Below are positions 39,171 to 47,476 of a stretch of DNA of 64,000 nt, in pieces. The position numbers were made by a program, and so were the translations under genes. Source of the stretch: an uncultured Flavobacteriaceae bacterium (GTDB lineage Bacteria; Bacteroidota; Bacteroidia; Flavobacteriales; Weeksellaceae); the NCBI GenBank assembly GCA_963520375.1, contig CAUQQF010000002.1:12577-76576 (forward strand), in the 5' to 3' direction. How positions within the stretch are numbered: the first letter of the stretch is position 1; each line of letters starts with the position of its first letter. The notes below the pieces were generated by a model. That model had not been told where the DNA came from. It was given only the letters and a program-made list of their open reading frames with translations, and made no database searches.

Positions 39171-39713
39171 ATGAAAAAGATTTTAGCATGTGCATCTTTA
39201 TTTTTTGCTGTAGCTACAGCATCTGCACAAGGAGCTTTGGAACAAAACAAAGTACAAATTAATGGAGGCGTAGGGCTATCTGGATTTGGAGTACCTGTGT
39301 ACTTAGGATTAGATTATGGAATAGCTAGAGACTTTACTATTGGAGCAGAGGCTTCTTATAGTTCTAAAAAAATGAGTGGTGGTTATTTTGATGACAAGTA
39401 TTCCTTTTTTGGATTTGGTGTTAATGGAAACTATCATTTTGATAGATTACTAAAACTTCCAAATGAATTTAATCTATATGCAGGAGCTACATTAGGTTAT
39501 TATAATGTTAGCAATTCAAAGACATATACTGGTCCTACTGGTCTTGAATCATATTATGAAAATCTCCATACAAGTTTTGCTGTTTCAGGTTTTGACTTAG
39601 GATTACAAATCGGGGGAAGATATTTCTTTACTAAAAACCTTGGCTTGAACCTTCAATTTGGTGGTGGAATTAATACTTTTGGAGGAAGAATTGGTCTTAC
39701 TTATAAACTATAA
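39171..39713 (+). CDS. small outer-membrane beta-barrel protein
   Basis: 180 aa. Signal peptide, alternating Gly/aromatic beta-strand pattern, C-terminal ...GLTYKL. Confidence 0.7.
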   Translation: MKKILACASLFFAVATASAQGALEQNKVQINGGVGLSGFGVPVYLGLDYGIARDFTIGAEASYSSKKMSGGYFDDKYSFFGFGVNGNYHFDRLLKLPNEFNLYAGATLGYYNVSNSKTYTGPTGLESYYENLHTSFAVSGFDLGLQIGGRYFFTKNLGLNLQFGGGINTFGGRIGLTYKL

Positions 39714-39811
39714 GAAAATAAAAACCAACATAAAGGAGATAGAAATTTCTATCTCCTTTTTTAGTTATTTTATAAATTCTTTTTTATTTTTAGACCCTAA
39801 AATCATAAATA

Positions 39812-41365
39812 ATGTCAAAAAAGGAAAAATTTATAGCAGAAACTACGCCTCGCTACACTGCAAAAGGGCATTTCTTTACCCTTGGAAAAGGAATTTTGGA
39901 TGGAGAAGTCATCCCTGAAGTAGATGTAAACATCCCTCTGCGAACCATCAACAGACACGGCCTCATCGCTGGAGCAACAGGAACAGGAAAAACCAAAACA
40001 CTACAAGCCTTCGTAGAGCAGCTCTCCCACCATGGCATATCTTCTTTGGTAATGGATATCAAGGGAGACCTTTCTGGAATAGCAGCCACAGGAGAAATGA
40101 ACAGCCGTATCCAAGAAAGATATGATAAAACCAAATTACCATACCAGCCGCAGGCTTTCCCTGTGGAGCTAATGTCTCTCTCTGCGGAGAAAGGAGTAAA
40201 ACTTAGAGCTACTGTTACCGAATTTGGACCTGTGCTTTTGAGTAAAATTCTAGGGCTAAATGACACACAGACCAGCATCATGTCTATCGTTTTCAAATAT
40301 TGTGATGACAAAGGTCTTCCTCTGATAGATTTAGAGGATTTGAAAAAAGTATTACAGTATGTAACTGATAATGAACGAGGTAAAAAAGAACTGGCTGACG
40401 GCTATGGCTCTATCGCTCCCGCATCATTAGGCGCTATCCTGAGAAGCATCGTAGCACTAGAACAGCAGGGCGCTACACAAATCTTCGGAGAACCCAGCTT
40501 TGATGTTTTAGACTTACTAAAAACAAGAAACGAAAAAGGTGTGGTAAACATCCTTCGTGTAGTGGATATCCAAAACAAACCTGCCCTGTTCTCTACTTTT
40601 ATTTTGTCTCTTTTTGCTGAAATATATTTGACTCTTCCAGAAGCAGGTGACCTAGATAAACCTAAATTGGCTGTTTTCATAGACGAAGCTCATTTAATCT
40701 TTAAAGATGCTCCAAAAGTACTTTTAGAACAAATAGAAACGATGGTAAAACTTATTCGTTCCAAAGGTGTGGGAATTTATTTCATCACGCAGGTGCCTGG
40801 CGATATTCCAGAATCTGTTTTGAGTCAGCTGGGACTAAAAATACAGCACGCCCTAAGAGGATTCACCGCAAAAGACAAAAAAGAAATCTCCAAAGCCGTG
40901 GAAAACTACCCTATGAGTGAGTTTTATAAAGCGAGTGAACTCATCCAGTCCCTCGGAATTGGGGAGGCTTTCGTAACGGCATTAGACGAAAAAGGAATCC
41001 CTACTCCGCTGGTTCACACTTATTTAATTTCGCCAGAAAGTAGAATGGATATCCTATCTCCAGAGGAAATTGACAATCTCGTAAACCAATCAGAATTAGT
41101 AAGAAAATACAACCAAACTGTTGACAAAGAGTCTGCCTACGAAATATTATTACGAAGAATGAATGAAGAGCAGGGAAATACTACAGATACAGAAACCAGC
41201 AAACCTCAGCAGAGCAAACCTGCCAAGGAAGAGCCTTCTATGTTTGAAAGCATCTTAGGAAGCCCTATGGTTCAGACTTTTGGGAAAACCCTAATGAGAG
41301 AAGGAGCAAAAGCCATCATGGGAATGATAGGACTTAAAAAGACCACCAAAGGTTCTAAAAAATAA
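39812..41365 (+). CDS. HerA-like P-loop NTPase (DUF853/YjgR family)
   Basis: 517 aa. Walker A GATGTGKT, Walker B AVFIDEAH, basic disordered tail. Confidence 0.8.
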   Translation: MSKKEKFIAETTPRYTAKGHFFTLGKGILDGEVIPEVDVNIPLRTINRHGLIAGATGTGKTKTLQAFVEQLSHHGISSLVMDIKGDLSGIAATGEMNSRIQERYDKTKLPYQPQAFPVELMSLSAEKGVKLRATVTEFGPVLLSKILGLNDTQTSIMSIVFKYCDDKGLPLIDLEDLKKVLQYVTDNERGKKELADGYGSIAPASLGAILRSIVALEQQGATQIFGEPSFDVLDLLKTRNEKGVVNILRVVDIQNKPALFSTFILSLFAEIYLTLPEAGDLDKPKLAVFIDEAHLIFKDAPKVLLEQIETMVKLIRSKGVGIYFITQVPGDIPESVLSQLGLKIQHALRGFTAKDKKEISKAVENYPMSEFYKASELIQSLGIGEAFVTALDEKGIPTPLVHTYLISPESRMDILSPEEIDNLVNQSELVRKYNQTVDKESAYEILLRRMNEEQGNTTDTETSKPQQSKPAKEEPSMFESILGSPMVQTFGKTLMREGAKAIMGMIGLKKTTKGSKK

Positions 41366-41376
41366 TTTTTTATTTA

Positions 41377-41410
41377 AAATTCCCTTCATTTTCGGAGGGA
41401 ATTTATATTT
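41377..41410 (+). terminator. probable rho-independent terminator
   Basis: aaattccct(tc)-attttc-(gg)agggaattt hairpin with a weak T tract. Confidence 0.5.
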
Positions 41411-41470
41411 ATAAATAAAAAATCTATTAAGTAAAATTTAATGAAAATAAAGCAGACACATGGCTGAACT

Positions 41471-41501
41471 TTGACCATTTAGCATTAAAACTTTATCTTT
41501 G
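41471..41501 (+). promoter_or_regulatory. Bacteroidota-type promoter (-33 TTG, -7 TATCTTTG)
   Basis: TTG at 41471-41473 and TATCTTTG at 41494-41501 (20-nt spacer), upstream of ATG 41522. Confidence 0.5.
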
Positions 41502-41521
41502 CAGCTTTGATTGATGGTAAA

Positions 41522-42745
41522 ATGTATTCAGTAATAGACATAGAAAGTAACGGCGCAGGATTCAGAGAGGAATGCATCATAGAACTCGCTATTTTTGTTT
41601 ATGATGGACATGAGGTGGTAGACCAGTTCATCACGCTCGTTAATCCCGAAGCCGAAATTACCCAATATGTCCAAAAACTCACTGGGATAACTCCCAAAAT
41701 GGTCAAAAGAGCACCAAAATTCCACGAGATAGCAAAACGGGTGATAGAAATGACCGAAAACACCACTCTCGTGGGACACAATGTAGAGTTTGACTACCGT
41801 ATGCTGCGCCAGTCTTTCCGAAGATTGGGATTTGATTTTAAAATCAATACCATAGACACCCTTCCATTAGCCAAAAAACTCATTCCCGATGTAGAAAGCT
41901 ACTCACTTGGGAAACTTTGTAAATCTGTGGGCATCCCGCTTTCAGATGCTCATCGTGCTGGCGGCGATGCCAGAGCGACATTGGATTTGTTTAAACTTCT
42001 AATCTCAAAAGACACTGAAAACCAGATTATTCAACAGCATCAAGAAGAAACACAATCCAAACTCTACATCAATAAAATCAACGAACTTACCGAAAATCTA
42101 CCTTCTGAAAAAGGGATTTTCTACCTACAAGATAAAGCAGGAAAAATCATTTTCTGCGATTTCAGCGACAATATATACAAGTCCGCAAAGGGAATTTTAA
42201 ACTCTAAATCCAAAAGAAACATTCAGTTTCAAAAAAATGTAGAGCAAATTTACTACGAATTTACTGGCACGGACATCATCGCCCTGCTGATGCTGAAAGA
42301 AAAAAAAGTAAAAAGAAATACTTCTAAACCTTTTGTTATAAGATACAGTGCGCAGACAGGCTCTTTCTTCGTTTCCTCATCTAAAAAGAATGAGGGTGAA
42401 ACGGATTTATTTAATTTCAAATATCCTTCTCAGGCCGAAAAATTATTATCAATCCTACAAAAAGAAAATTTAGATTATAAAGCCTTGAAAAAGAAAATTT
42501 CTTTCGCTGGAAGGAACGAGCTGTGGGTAGGACAAGGGAGAACACTCGGCGAGCATTCTTTTCTGGCTTTCAAAGGCGGGAAATTCGTCGGCTATGGTTT
42601 CTATGAACTCTACCATCAGACGCTCTCTTGGGAAAAAATTCTAAAACTCACCATTCCCGTTACCACTCTTCCAAAAGAAATAAAAAACGAGATGCAGATA
42701 GCCTATCTCAAAGGAGAATTTAAGGTTATCAAAATCAATTCGTAG
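41522..42745 (+). CDS. DnaQ-like 3'-5' exonuclease fused to a degenerate GIY-YIG (Cho/UvrC-N-like) region
   Basis: DEDDh motifs (VIDIESNG; HNVEFDYRML; HRAGGDA). Downstream LPSEKGIFYLQDKAGKIIFCDF aligns by eye with this genome's UvrC [22 protein letters not shown]. The track start 41507 is a TTG, so ATG 41522 is preferred. Confidence 0.75.
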   Translation: MYSVIDIESNGAGFREECIIELAIFVYDGHEVVDQFITLVNPEAEITQYVQKLTGITPKMVKRAPKFHEIAKRVIEMTENTTLVGHNVEFDYRMLRQSFRRLGFDFKINTIDTLPLAKKLIPDVESYSLGKLCKSVGIPLSDAHRAGGDARATLDLFKLLISKDTENQIIQQHQEETQSKLYINKINELTENLPSEKGIFYLQDKAGKIIFCDFSDNIYKSAKGILNSKSKRNIQFQKNVEQIYYEFTGTDIIALLMLKEKKVKRNTSKPFVIRYSAQTGSFFVSSSKKNEGETDLFNFKYPSQAEKLLSILQKENLDYKALKKKISFAGRNELWVGQGRTLGEHSFLAFKGGKFVGYGFYELYHQTLSWEKILKLTIPVTTLPKEIKNEMQIAYLKGEFKVIKINS

Positions 42746-43379
42746 GCTTACGGAGAATATCCAAAAACTCTATTTTAGGGATTTCCCTCGCTCCAAGGCT
42801 TTCCAAATGCTCTGTATAGACCTGACAATCTATGAGTTTGTATCGGTCAGCATTTTTTTCTACAAACTGAATAAATCCTGCTTTACTAGCATTACTCACT
42901 TTGCTAAACATACTCTCGCCACAGAAAACATGCCCCATTTCCACACCATAAAAACCTCCTACCAATTCCCCATTTTCCCAGACTTCTATACTTTTGGCTT
43001 TTCCCTGCTGATTTAGTTCTGTGTATGCTTTTATCATTTCTTCCGAAATCCAAGTCCCATCCTGCCCTCTTCGTGAAATGCTCGCACAATTTCTCATTAC
43101 TTCCTCAAAACATTTATTCTCTGTGAAAACAAATTTGCCATCTCTCAGGATTTTTCGCATCGATTTAGAAATTTTCAGCTCTTCTGGAAAAAGCACAAAC
43201 CGAGGATCTGGACTCCACCAGAAAATCTCATCACCTTCATTGAACCACGGAAAAATCCCCAAAGAATAAGCCAAAATCAGCCGCTGAGCAGACAAATCTC
43301 CTCCTACGGCAACAATCTCGCTTTCGGGATGATATTTGTACGGGTCTGGAAACCAAATTTCCGAATCTAATTGATACAT
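42735..43379 (-). CDS. aat: leucyl/phenylalanyl-tRNA--protein transferase
   Basis: 214 aa. VGGDLSAQRLILAYSLGIFPW and GESMFS motifs. Confidence 0.9.
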   Translation of the reverse strand: MYQLDSEIWFPDPYKYHPESEIVAVGGDLSAQRLILAYSLGIFPWFNEGDEIFWWSPDPRFVLFPEELKISKSMRKILRDGKFVFTENKCFEEVMRNCASISRRGQDGTWISEEMIKAYTELNQQGKAKSIEVWENGELVGGFYGVEMGHVFCGESMFSKVSNASKAGFIQFVEKNADRYKLIDCQVYTEHLESLGAREIPKIEFLDILRKPTN

Positions 43380-43438
43380 TTATTAAAATTTAAAAAATCC
43401 CACTAAACAGCAGGATTTATTTTATAATAAGATTTTAT

Positions 43439-43819
43439 TTAAAATGGTAAATCATCATCTGACTCTTCGTCAAACGGATTGTCATTCACCGCAGAAGACT
43501 GTGATGCTGCAGGCGCCGTGTATGTAGGCTCATCAAAGCTGCTTCCATCTGTTTTTTCCAATCTCCATGCCGTGATAGAATTAAAATACTTCACCTGTCC
43601 CTCTGGATTCGTCCATTCTCTTCCTCTGATATTGATTCCTACCTTTACTTTATCTCCTTCTGACACTTGGTCCAAAAGTGATATTTTTTCAGATAAAAAC
43701 TCTATACTGATGGGCTGCGGATACTGCTCCTCTGTAAGTAACACCATCTCTCTTTTCTGAAAACCGCTTGGAAAAGTTTGAGTTTGAAATACTTTCTTCA
43801 CTGTCCCTTGTAATTCCAT
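43439..43819 (-). CDS. DUF3127-like small protein with SSB-type acidic C-terminal tip
   Basis: 126 aa. N-terminal ~95-aa beta-rich domain, low-complexity linker, C-terminus ...EESDDDLPF. Confidence 0.7.
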   Translation of the reverse strand: MELQGTVKKVFQTQTFPSGFQKREMVLLTEEQYPQPISIEFLSEKISLLDQVSEGDKVKVGINIRGREWTNPEGQVKYFNSITAWRLEKTDGSSFDEPTYTAPAASQSSAVNDNPFDEESDDDLPF

Positions 43820-43915
43820 AGAAATATAAATTTTAGCTGGTAAAGTTAAAAAACTATTTTAAAAGGAAAAAATAAAAAAAAATATATTTATGCTTGTGGA
43901 TTAAAAATAAGTTTG

Positions 43916-43923
43916 TATATTTG
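43916..43923 (+). promoter_or_regulatory. Bacteroidota-type -7 box TATATTTG for the tRNA cluster
   Basis: TAnnTTTG match 35 nt upstream of the first tRNA. Confidence 0.5.
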
Positions 43924-43957
43924 CAATCACAAAAGAACAAAGTAGTTCATTTTTTCC

Positions 43958-44039
43958 GCGGATGTGGTGTAATTGGTAGCCACGCCAGACTTAGGATCTG
44001 GTGCCGAGAGGCGTGGGGGTTCGAGTCCCTTCATCCGCA
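43958..44039 (+). tRNA. tRNA-Leu (anticodon TAG)
   Basis: Acceptor gcggatg/catccgc. Anticodon stem ccaga/tctgg with loop cTTAGga. Long variable arm, T-loop ttcgagt. No encoded CCA. Confidence 0.88.
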
Positions 44040-44044
44040 CAGTT

Positions 44045-44120
44045 GCGAAAATAGCTCAGTTGGTAGAGCACAACCTTGCCAAGGTTGGGGTCGCGGGTTC
44101 GAATCCCGTTTTTCGCTCCA
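44045..44120 (+). tRNA. tRNA-Gly (anticodon GCC)
   Basis: Acceptor gcgaaaa/ttttcgc. D-arm gctc/gagc. Anticodon stem caacc/ggttg with loop ttGCCaa. T-loop ttcgaat. CCA encoded. Confidence 0.9.
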
Positions 44121-44126
44121 TTCCAT

Positions 44127-44210
44127 GCCCTGGTGGTGGAACTGGTAGACACGCAGGACTTAAAATCCTGTGCCTCCTTTGGCGTGCGGGTTCAAGTCCC
44201 GCCTGGGGTA
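44127..44210 (+). tRNA. tRNA-Leu (anticodon TAA)
   Basis: Closely resembles E. coli tRNA-Leu(UAA). Anticodon stem cagga/tcctg with loop ctTAAaa. Long variable arm, T-arm gcggg-ttcaagt-cccgc. Confidence 0.88.
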
Positions 44211-44214
44211 CTCT

Positions 44215-44257
44215 AAAACCTTGATAATCCACTGATTGCCAAGGTTTTCTTCTTTTT
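44215..44257 (+). terminator. probable terminator after the tRNA cluster
   Basis: aaaaccttg ... caaggtttt (9-bp stem, 16-nt loop) followed by a T-rich tract. Confidence 0.5.
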
Positions 44258-44320
44258 ATAAACATTCATTTTTATTAAATTTAAAATAGTTTTAAAAATA
44301 ATTTTCTCATAAAAATAAAT

Positions 44321-44352
44321 AAAGCCAATCTTTGTAATTAAAGATTGGCTTT
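44321..44352 (-). terminator. rho-independent terminator after the bacilliredoxin gene
   Basis: aaagccaatcttt-gtaatt-aaagattggcttt, a perfect 13-bp stem. Confidence 0.8.
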
Positions 44353-44376
44353 ATTCTTTTTCTAAAAAGTATCTTT

Positions 44377-44787
44377 TTAGCAGAACTCTTCATAAGCTGC
44401 TTGCAAATTAGCAGCGATAGCTCCTGCTGGATGTCCTTCTATATGATGTCTTTCTATCATATGAACAAGCTCGCCATCTTTGAACAAAGCAATAGATGGA
44501 GAAGACGGCGGGAATGGTGCCATGTGCTTTCTCGCTTCTGCTACAGCTTCCGTATCAAATCCTGCAAAAGCAGTCACTAAATGATCTGGTTTCTTATCTC
44601 CTGTAAGGGAATAAAGCACCCCTGGTCTCGCTGCTCCAGCAGAGCAACCACACACGGAGTTGATAACCAATAGCGTTGTCCCTTTCTGCCCAAGTGCTTC
44701 TACAACCTGCTCTGGCGTTGTAAGATCTTTGAAACCATTTTCTGTAAGTTCTTCCTTCATAGGAATTACCAATTCTTCTGGATACAT
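44377..44787 (-). CDS. BrxA/BrxB-family bacilliredoxin (DUF1094/YphP-like)
   Basis: 136 aa. Redox motif NSVCGCSAGAARPG. Confidence 0.8.
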   Translation of the reverse strand: MYPEELVIPMKEELTENGFKDLTTPEQVVEALGQKGTTLLVINSVCGCSAGAARPGVLYSLTGDKKPDHLVTAFAGFDTEAVAEARKHMAPFPPSSPSIALFKDGELVHMIERHHIEGHPAGAIAANLQAAYEEFC

Positions 44788-44822
44788 AATTTTATTTTAT
44801 CAATTTTAGATTAAACAATATT

Positions 44823-46271
44823 TTAAATAGTTGAAAGTCTCAGTGTGTTAGTTTTTCCGCTTTCATACACTGGCATCGCATTTAGATTTACCACGAAATC
44901 TCCTTGCTTCACAAAGCCGTAATTACTTGCCAACATATTCACTTGGATAACCGTTTCATCGGTAGATTTCTGCATGTCATAGTAGAACGCTCTAACTCCC
45001 CAAAGAAGATTAAGCTTCGCTAAAACCCTTCTGTCTGAACAGAATACAATGATGTGAGCATGAGGTCTATGAGCCGAAATCTGGAACGCTGTATAGCCTG
45101 AATTGGTAAGCGTGATGATACCTTTCGCATTGGCTTTTTTAGCGATTCTCACCGCTGAATAGCAGACCATATCTGTGATGTAGCGGTCTTCGTCCTCGGT
45201 TTGGATTTTTTCAATAGGCTTATTGCTGCTCATATAGAGTTTATCTTTTTCGATATTGCTCACGATTTTAGCCATGTTTTTAATCACATCCACAGGATAT
45301 TTCCCCACAGAAGTTTCACCAGAAAGCATCACAGCATCTGCACCATCCAGCACAGAGTTGGCAACATCATTCACCTCCGCACGAGTCGGTGTCAGGCTGT
45401 TGATCATGGTTTCCATCATCTGTGTAGCGATGATTACAGGTCTGGCGTGATTTCTTGCTGCTTCTACTAGTTTTTTTTGAACCACAGGAACTTCTTCCAT
45501 TGGGATTTCCACCCCTAAATCTCCTCTGGCTACCATGATTCCATCACATTCTCTTAGGATTTCATCCATGTTTTCCACGCCTTCGGGTTTTTCTATTTTG
45601 GCAATAATAGGAGTATTCTGCTTTCCATTGGTATGATTTTGAATCAAATCTTTCAAATCTTTGATATCTTGTGCGTGTCTCACAAAGGAAAGTGCAATCC
45701 AGTCAAACTCATTATCCAGCATAAATTTAGCATCCTCTATATCCTTTTCTGTAAGGGCAGGAAGCGAAATCGCTGTATTAGGAAGGTTTACTCCCTTTTT
45801 AGAGCTGAGCGGGCCGCCTTGTATTGCTTTTGCTTTTACAATATCTTTTTGATTGGTTTCTATAACTTCAAAAACCAATTTACCATCATCTATCAGAATT
45901 CTCTCGCCTACTTTTACATCTTTCGCAAATCTTTCGTAGGTCATATACACTCTAGATGCATCGCCTTCTACATTTTCATTGGTAAAAGTAAGAATGTCCC
46001 CAGGGTTGATAAAAGAACCTTCTTTTACCACGCCCACACGGAGTTTAGGTCCTTGCAAATCCCCAAGAATAGCCGTATTAAAGCCGTATTCCTGATTGAT
46101 AGAACGGATAAGTTCCACATTTTTCTTCACCAAATCATAGTCAGCGTGAGAAAAATTGATTCTAAACACATCCACTCCTTCTTTTATCATTTCTATCATG
46201 GTTTCTCTGCTAGAAGATGCAGGTCCCAATGTCGCTATTATCTTTGTTTTTTTCAAATCTCTATTTATCAT
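44823..46271 (-). CDS. pyk: pyruvate kinase
   Basis: 482 aa. KIIATLGPAS, MVARGDLGVEIP and ATQMMETM motifs. Confidence 0.95.
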   Translation of the reverse strand: MINRDLKKTKIIATLGPASSSRETMIEMIKEGVDVFRINFSHADYDLVKKNVELIRSINQEYGFNTAILGDLQGPKLRVGVVKEGSFINPGDILTFTNENVEGDASRVYMTYERFAKDVKVGERILIDDGKLVFEVIETNQKDIVKAKAIQGGPLSSKKGVNLPNTAISLPALTEKDIEDAKFMLDNEFDWIALSFVRHAQDIKDLKDLIQNHTNGKQNTPIIAKIEKPEGVENMDEILRECDGIMVARGDLGVEIPMEEVPVVQKKLVEAARNHARPVIIATQMMETMINSLTPTRAEVNDVANSVLDGADAVMLSGETSVGKYPVDVIKNMAKIVSNIEKDKLYMSSNKPIEKIQTEDEDRYITDMVCYSAVRIAKKANAKGIITLTNSGYTAFQISAHRPHAHIIVFCSDRRVLAKLNLLWGVRAFYYDMQKSTDETVIQVNMLASNYGFVKQGDFVVNLNAMPVYESGKTNTLRLSTI

Positions 46272-46725
46272 AAATTATTATTTGGTATAGTTCATGTTCT
46301 GAAGACAGCTGGAATTCTTCTACGGAATCCACCCAATCCTGAGGAAAATTTATATTAGAAAAATCCTCCCAACCATCTTTTGAAAAGATTATATAATCTA
46401 CTTCTTTATCAATAAAATGTTTTTCTTCATCTCCTTGCTGGAAAAGTTCATTTGGACTTGTCTGCTTTGTTTCGGACCAAAAAGACCTGTTAGCAAAGAT
46501 AGTAAAATTAGCTTGTGTAATTTCATCATAAGTTTCAAATTTTGGGAACTTATAATGCCTAAAATAATCCTCTGCCATTAGGTCATTAGCCCTATGAAAA
46601 TTAAACAAATTGAGTTGATTTACCTTGAAAAACAGCTCATGATTAGATATTTGTTGTTTCAATTTTATCAACCCTATTACAATTTCTTCTTCTTCAAAAT
46701 CAAGGAAAAATTTGTTACTTTTCAA
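46261..46725 (-). CDS. conserved hypothetical (likely the Bacteroidota 'IPExxxVDY' family)
   Basis: 154 aa with only a partial motif (FIDKEVDYIIF). Overlaps rnc and pyk by 11 nt each. The family call rests on remembered synteny and is unverified. Confidence 0.55.
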   Translation of the reverse strand: MKSNKFFLDFEEEEIVIGLIKLKQQISNHELFFKVNQLNLFNFHRANDLMAEDYFRHYKFPKFETYDEITQANFTIFANRSFWSETKQTSPNELFQQGDEEKHFIDKEVDYIIFSKDGWEDFSNINFPQDWVDSVEEFQLSSEHELYQIIIYDK

Positions 46726-47476
46726 GGATATTTTCTCTTTTATTTAATGCATAAAACGCTCTTTTAGCCGCTTTTTCTTCTGCTTTTTTCTTTGAAGATT
46801 CGGAGGCGCAGCCTATTTTTTCTTCATTAAGCAAAACCGAACATCTGAAACAAATACTCTTGTTGGGTAGAAGTTCCTCAGCAGTTTCATACTGTATCTT
46901 CACTTTCTTCTTCTGTCCCCATTCCAGAAGAAGGCTCTTGTAGCTTACTATTTTGTTTTCTAATCTGGTAATTTCACTTGGGTTAAGAAGCCATCCTTCA
47001 ACAACGGACTGGCACATTTTATAATTAGTATCCAAATACACGGCTCCCACCAAAGCTTCCAATAAATTCCCAGAGATATTTTCTCCTAAAACTTGTAATT
47101 TAGAATTCTGAATATAGCTGGTCAAACATAATTGTTCTCCCAAACGATTAAGATTTTGTCTATTGACAATCTTGGATTTCATCTGTGTAAGATAGCCTTC
47201 ATTGTGATTAGGATAGTTCTCATACAGATAATAAGAAATGATGCTTCCTATCATAGCATCCCCCAAAAACTCGAGTCTCTCATAGTTTTTGGAACAGCCA
47301 CCATCTTTAGAATTTTTTTTTAAGGAAAAAGCCTCTCTGTATAGCTCTATATCTTGGATTTTAAATCCAACGAGTTTACTAATATCGGCAATAAATTTCA
47401 GATCCCTATCGGGGTATTTTGTATCTCTTCTTTTCTTTAATAGAAAGTCCAAAATATACCTCCTAATCTTATTCAT
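46715..47476 (-). CDS. rnc: ribonuclease III
   Basis: 253 aa. RNase III signature ERLEFLGDA and a C-terminal dsRBD (KKKAEEKAAKRA). Confidence 0.92.
   Translation of the reverse strand: MNKIRRYILDFLLKKRRDTKYPDRDLKFIADISKLVGFKIQDIELYREAFSLKKNSKDGGCSKNYERLEFLGDAMIGSIISYYLYENYPNHNEGYLTQMKSKIVNRQNLNRLGEQLCLTSYIQNSKLQVLGENISGNLLEALVGAVYLDTNYKMCQSVVEGWLLNPSEITRLENKIVSYKSLLLEWGQKKKVKIQYETAEELLPNKSICFRCSVLLNEEKIGCASESSKKKAEEKAAKRAFYALNKRENILEK

Noticed and set aside
39812-42745. HerA-like NTPase (DUF853) plus adjacent exonuclease as a two-gene defence system.
   Set aside because: A hairpin terminator (41377-41410) and a complete -33/-7 promoter (41471-41501) separate them. Both look like widely conserved housekeeping-type genes, and no other defence hallmarks are nearby.
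45633-46358. Long antisense ORFs in the track. Examples are 241 aa opposite pyk, 214 aa at 25773..26417 opposite pncB, 187 aa at 23141..23704 opposite uvrC, and 162 aa at 1979..2467 opposite mraY.
   Set aside because: They lie entirely inside well-supported genes on the other strand. Their translations are low-complexity and F/I/L/K/R-rich junk with no motifs. They are typical shadow ORFs of AT-rich coding DNA.
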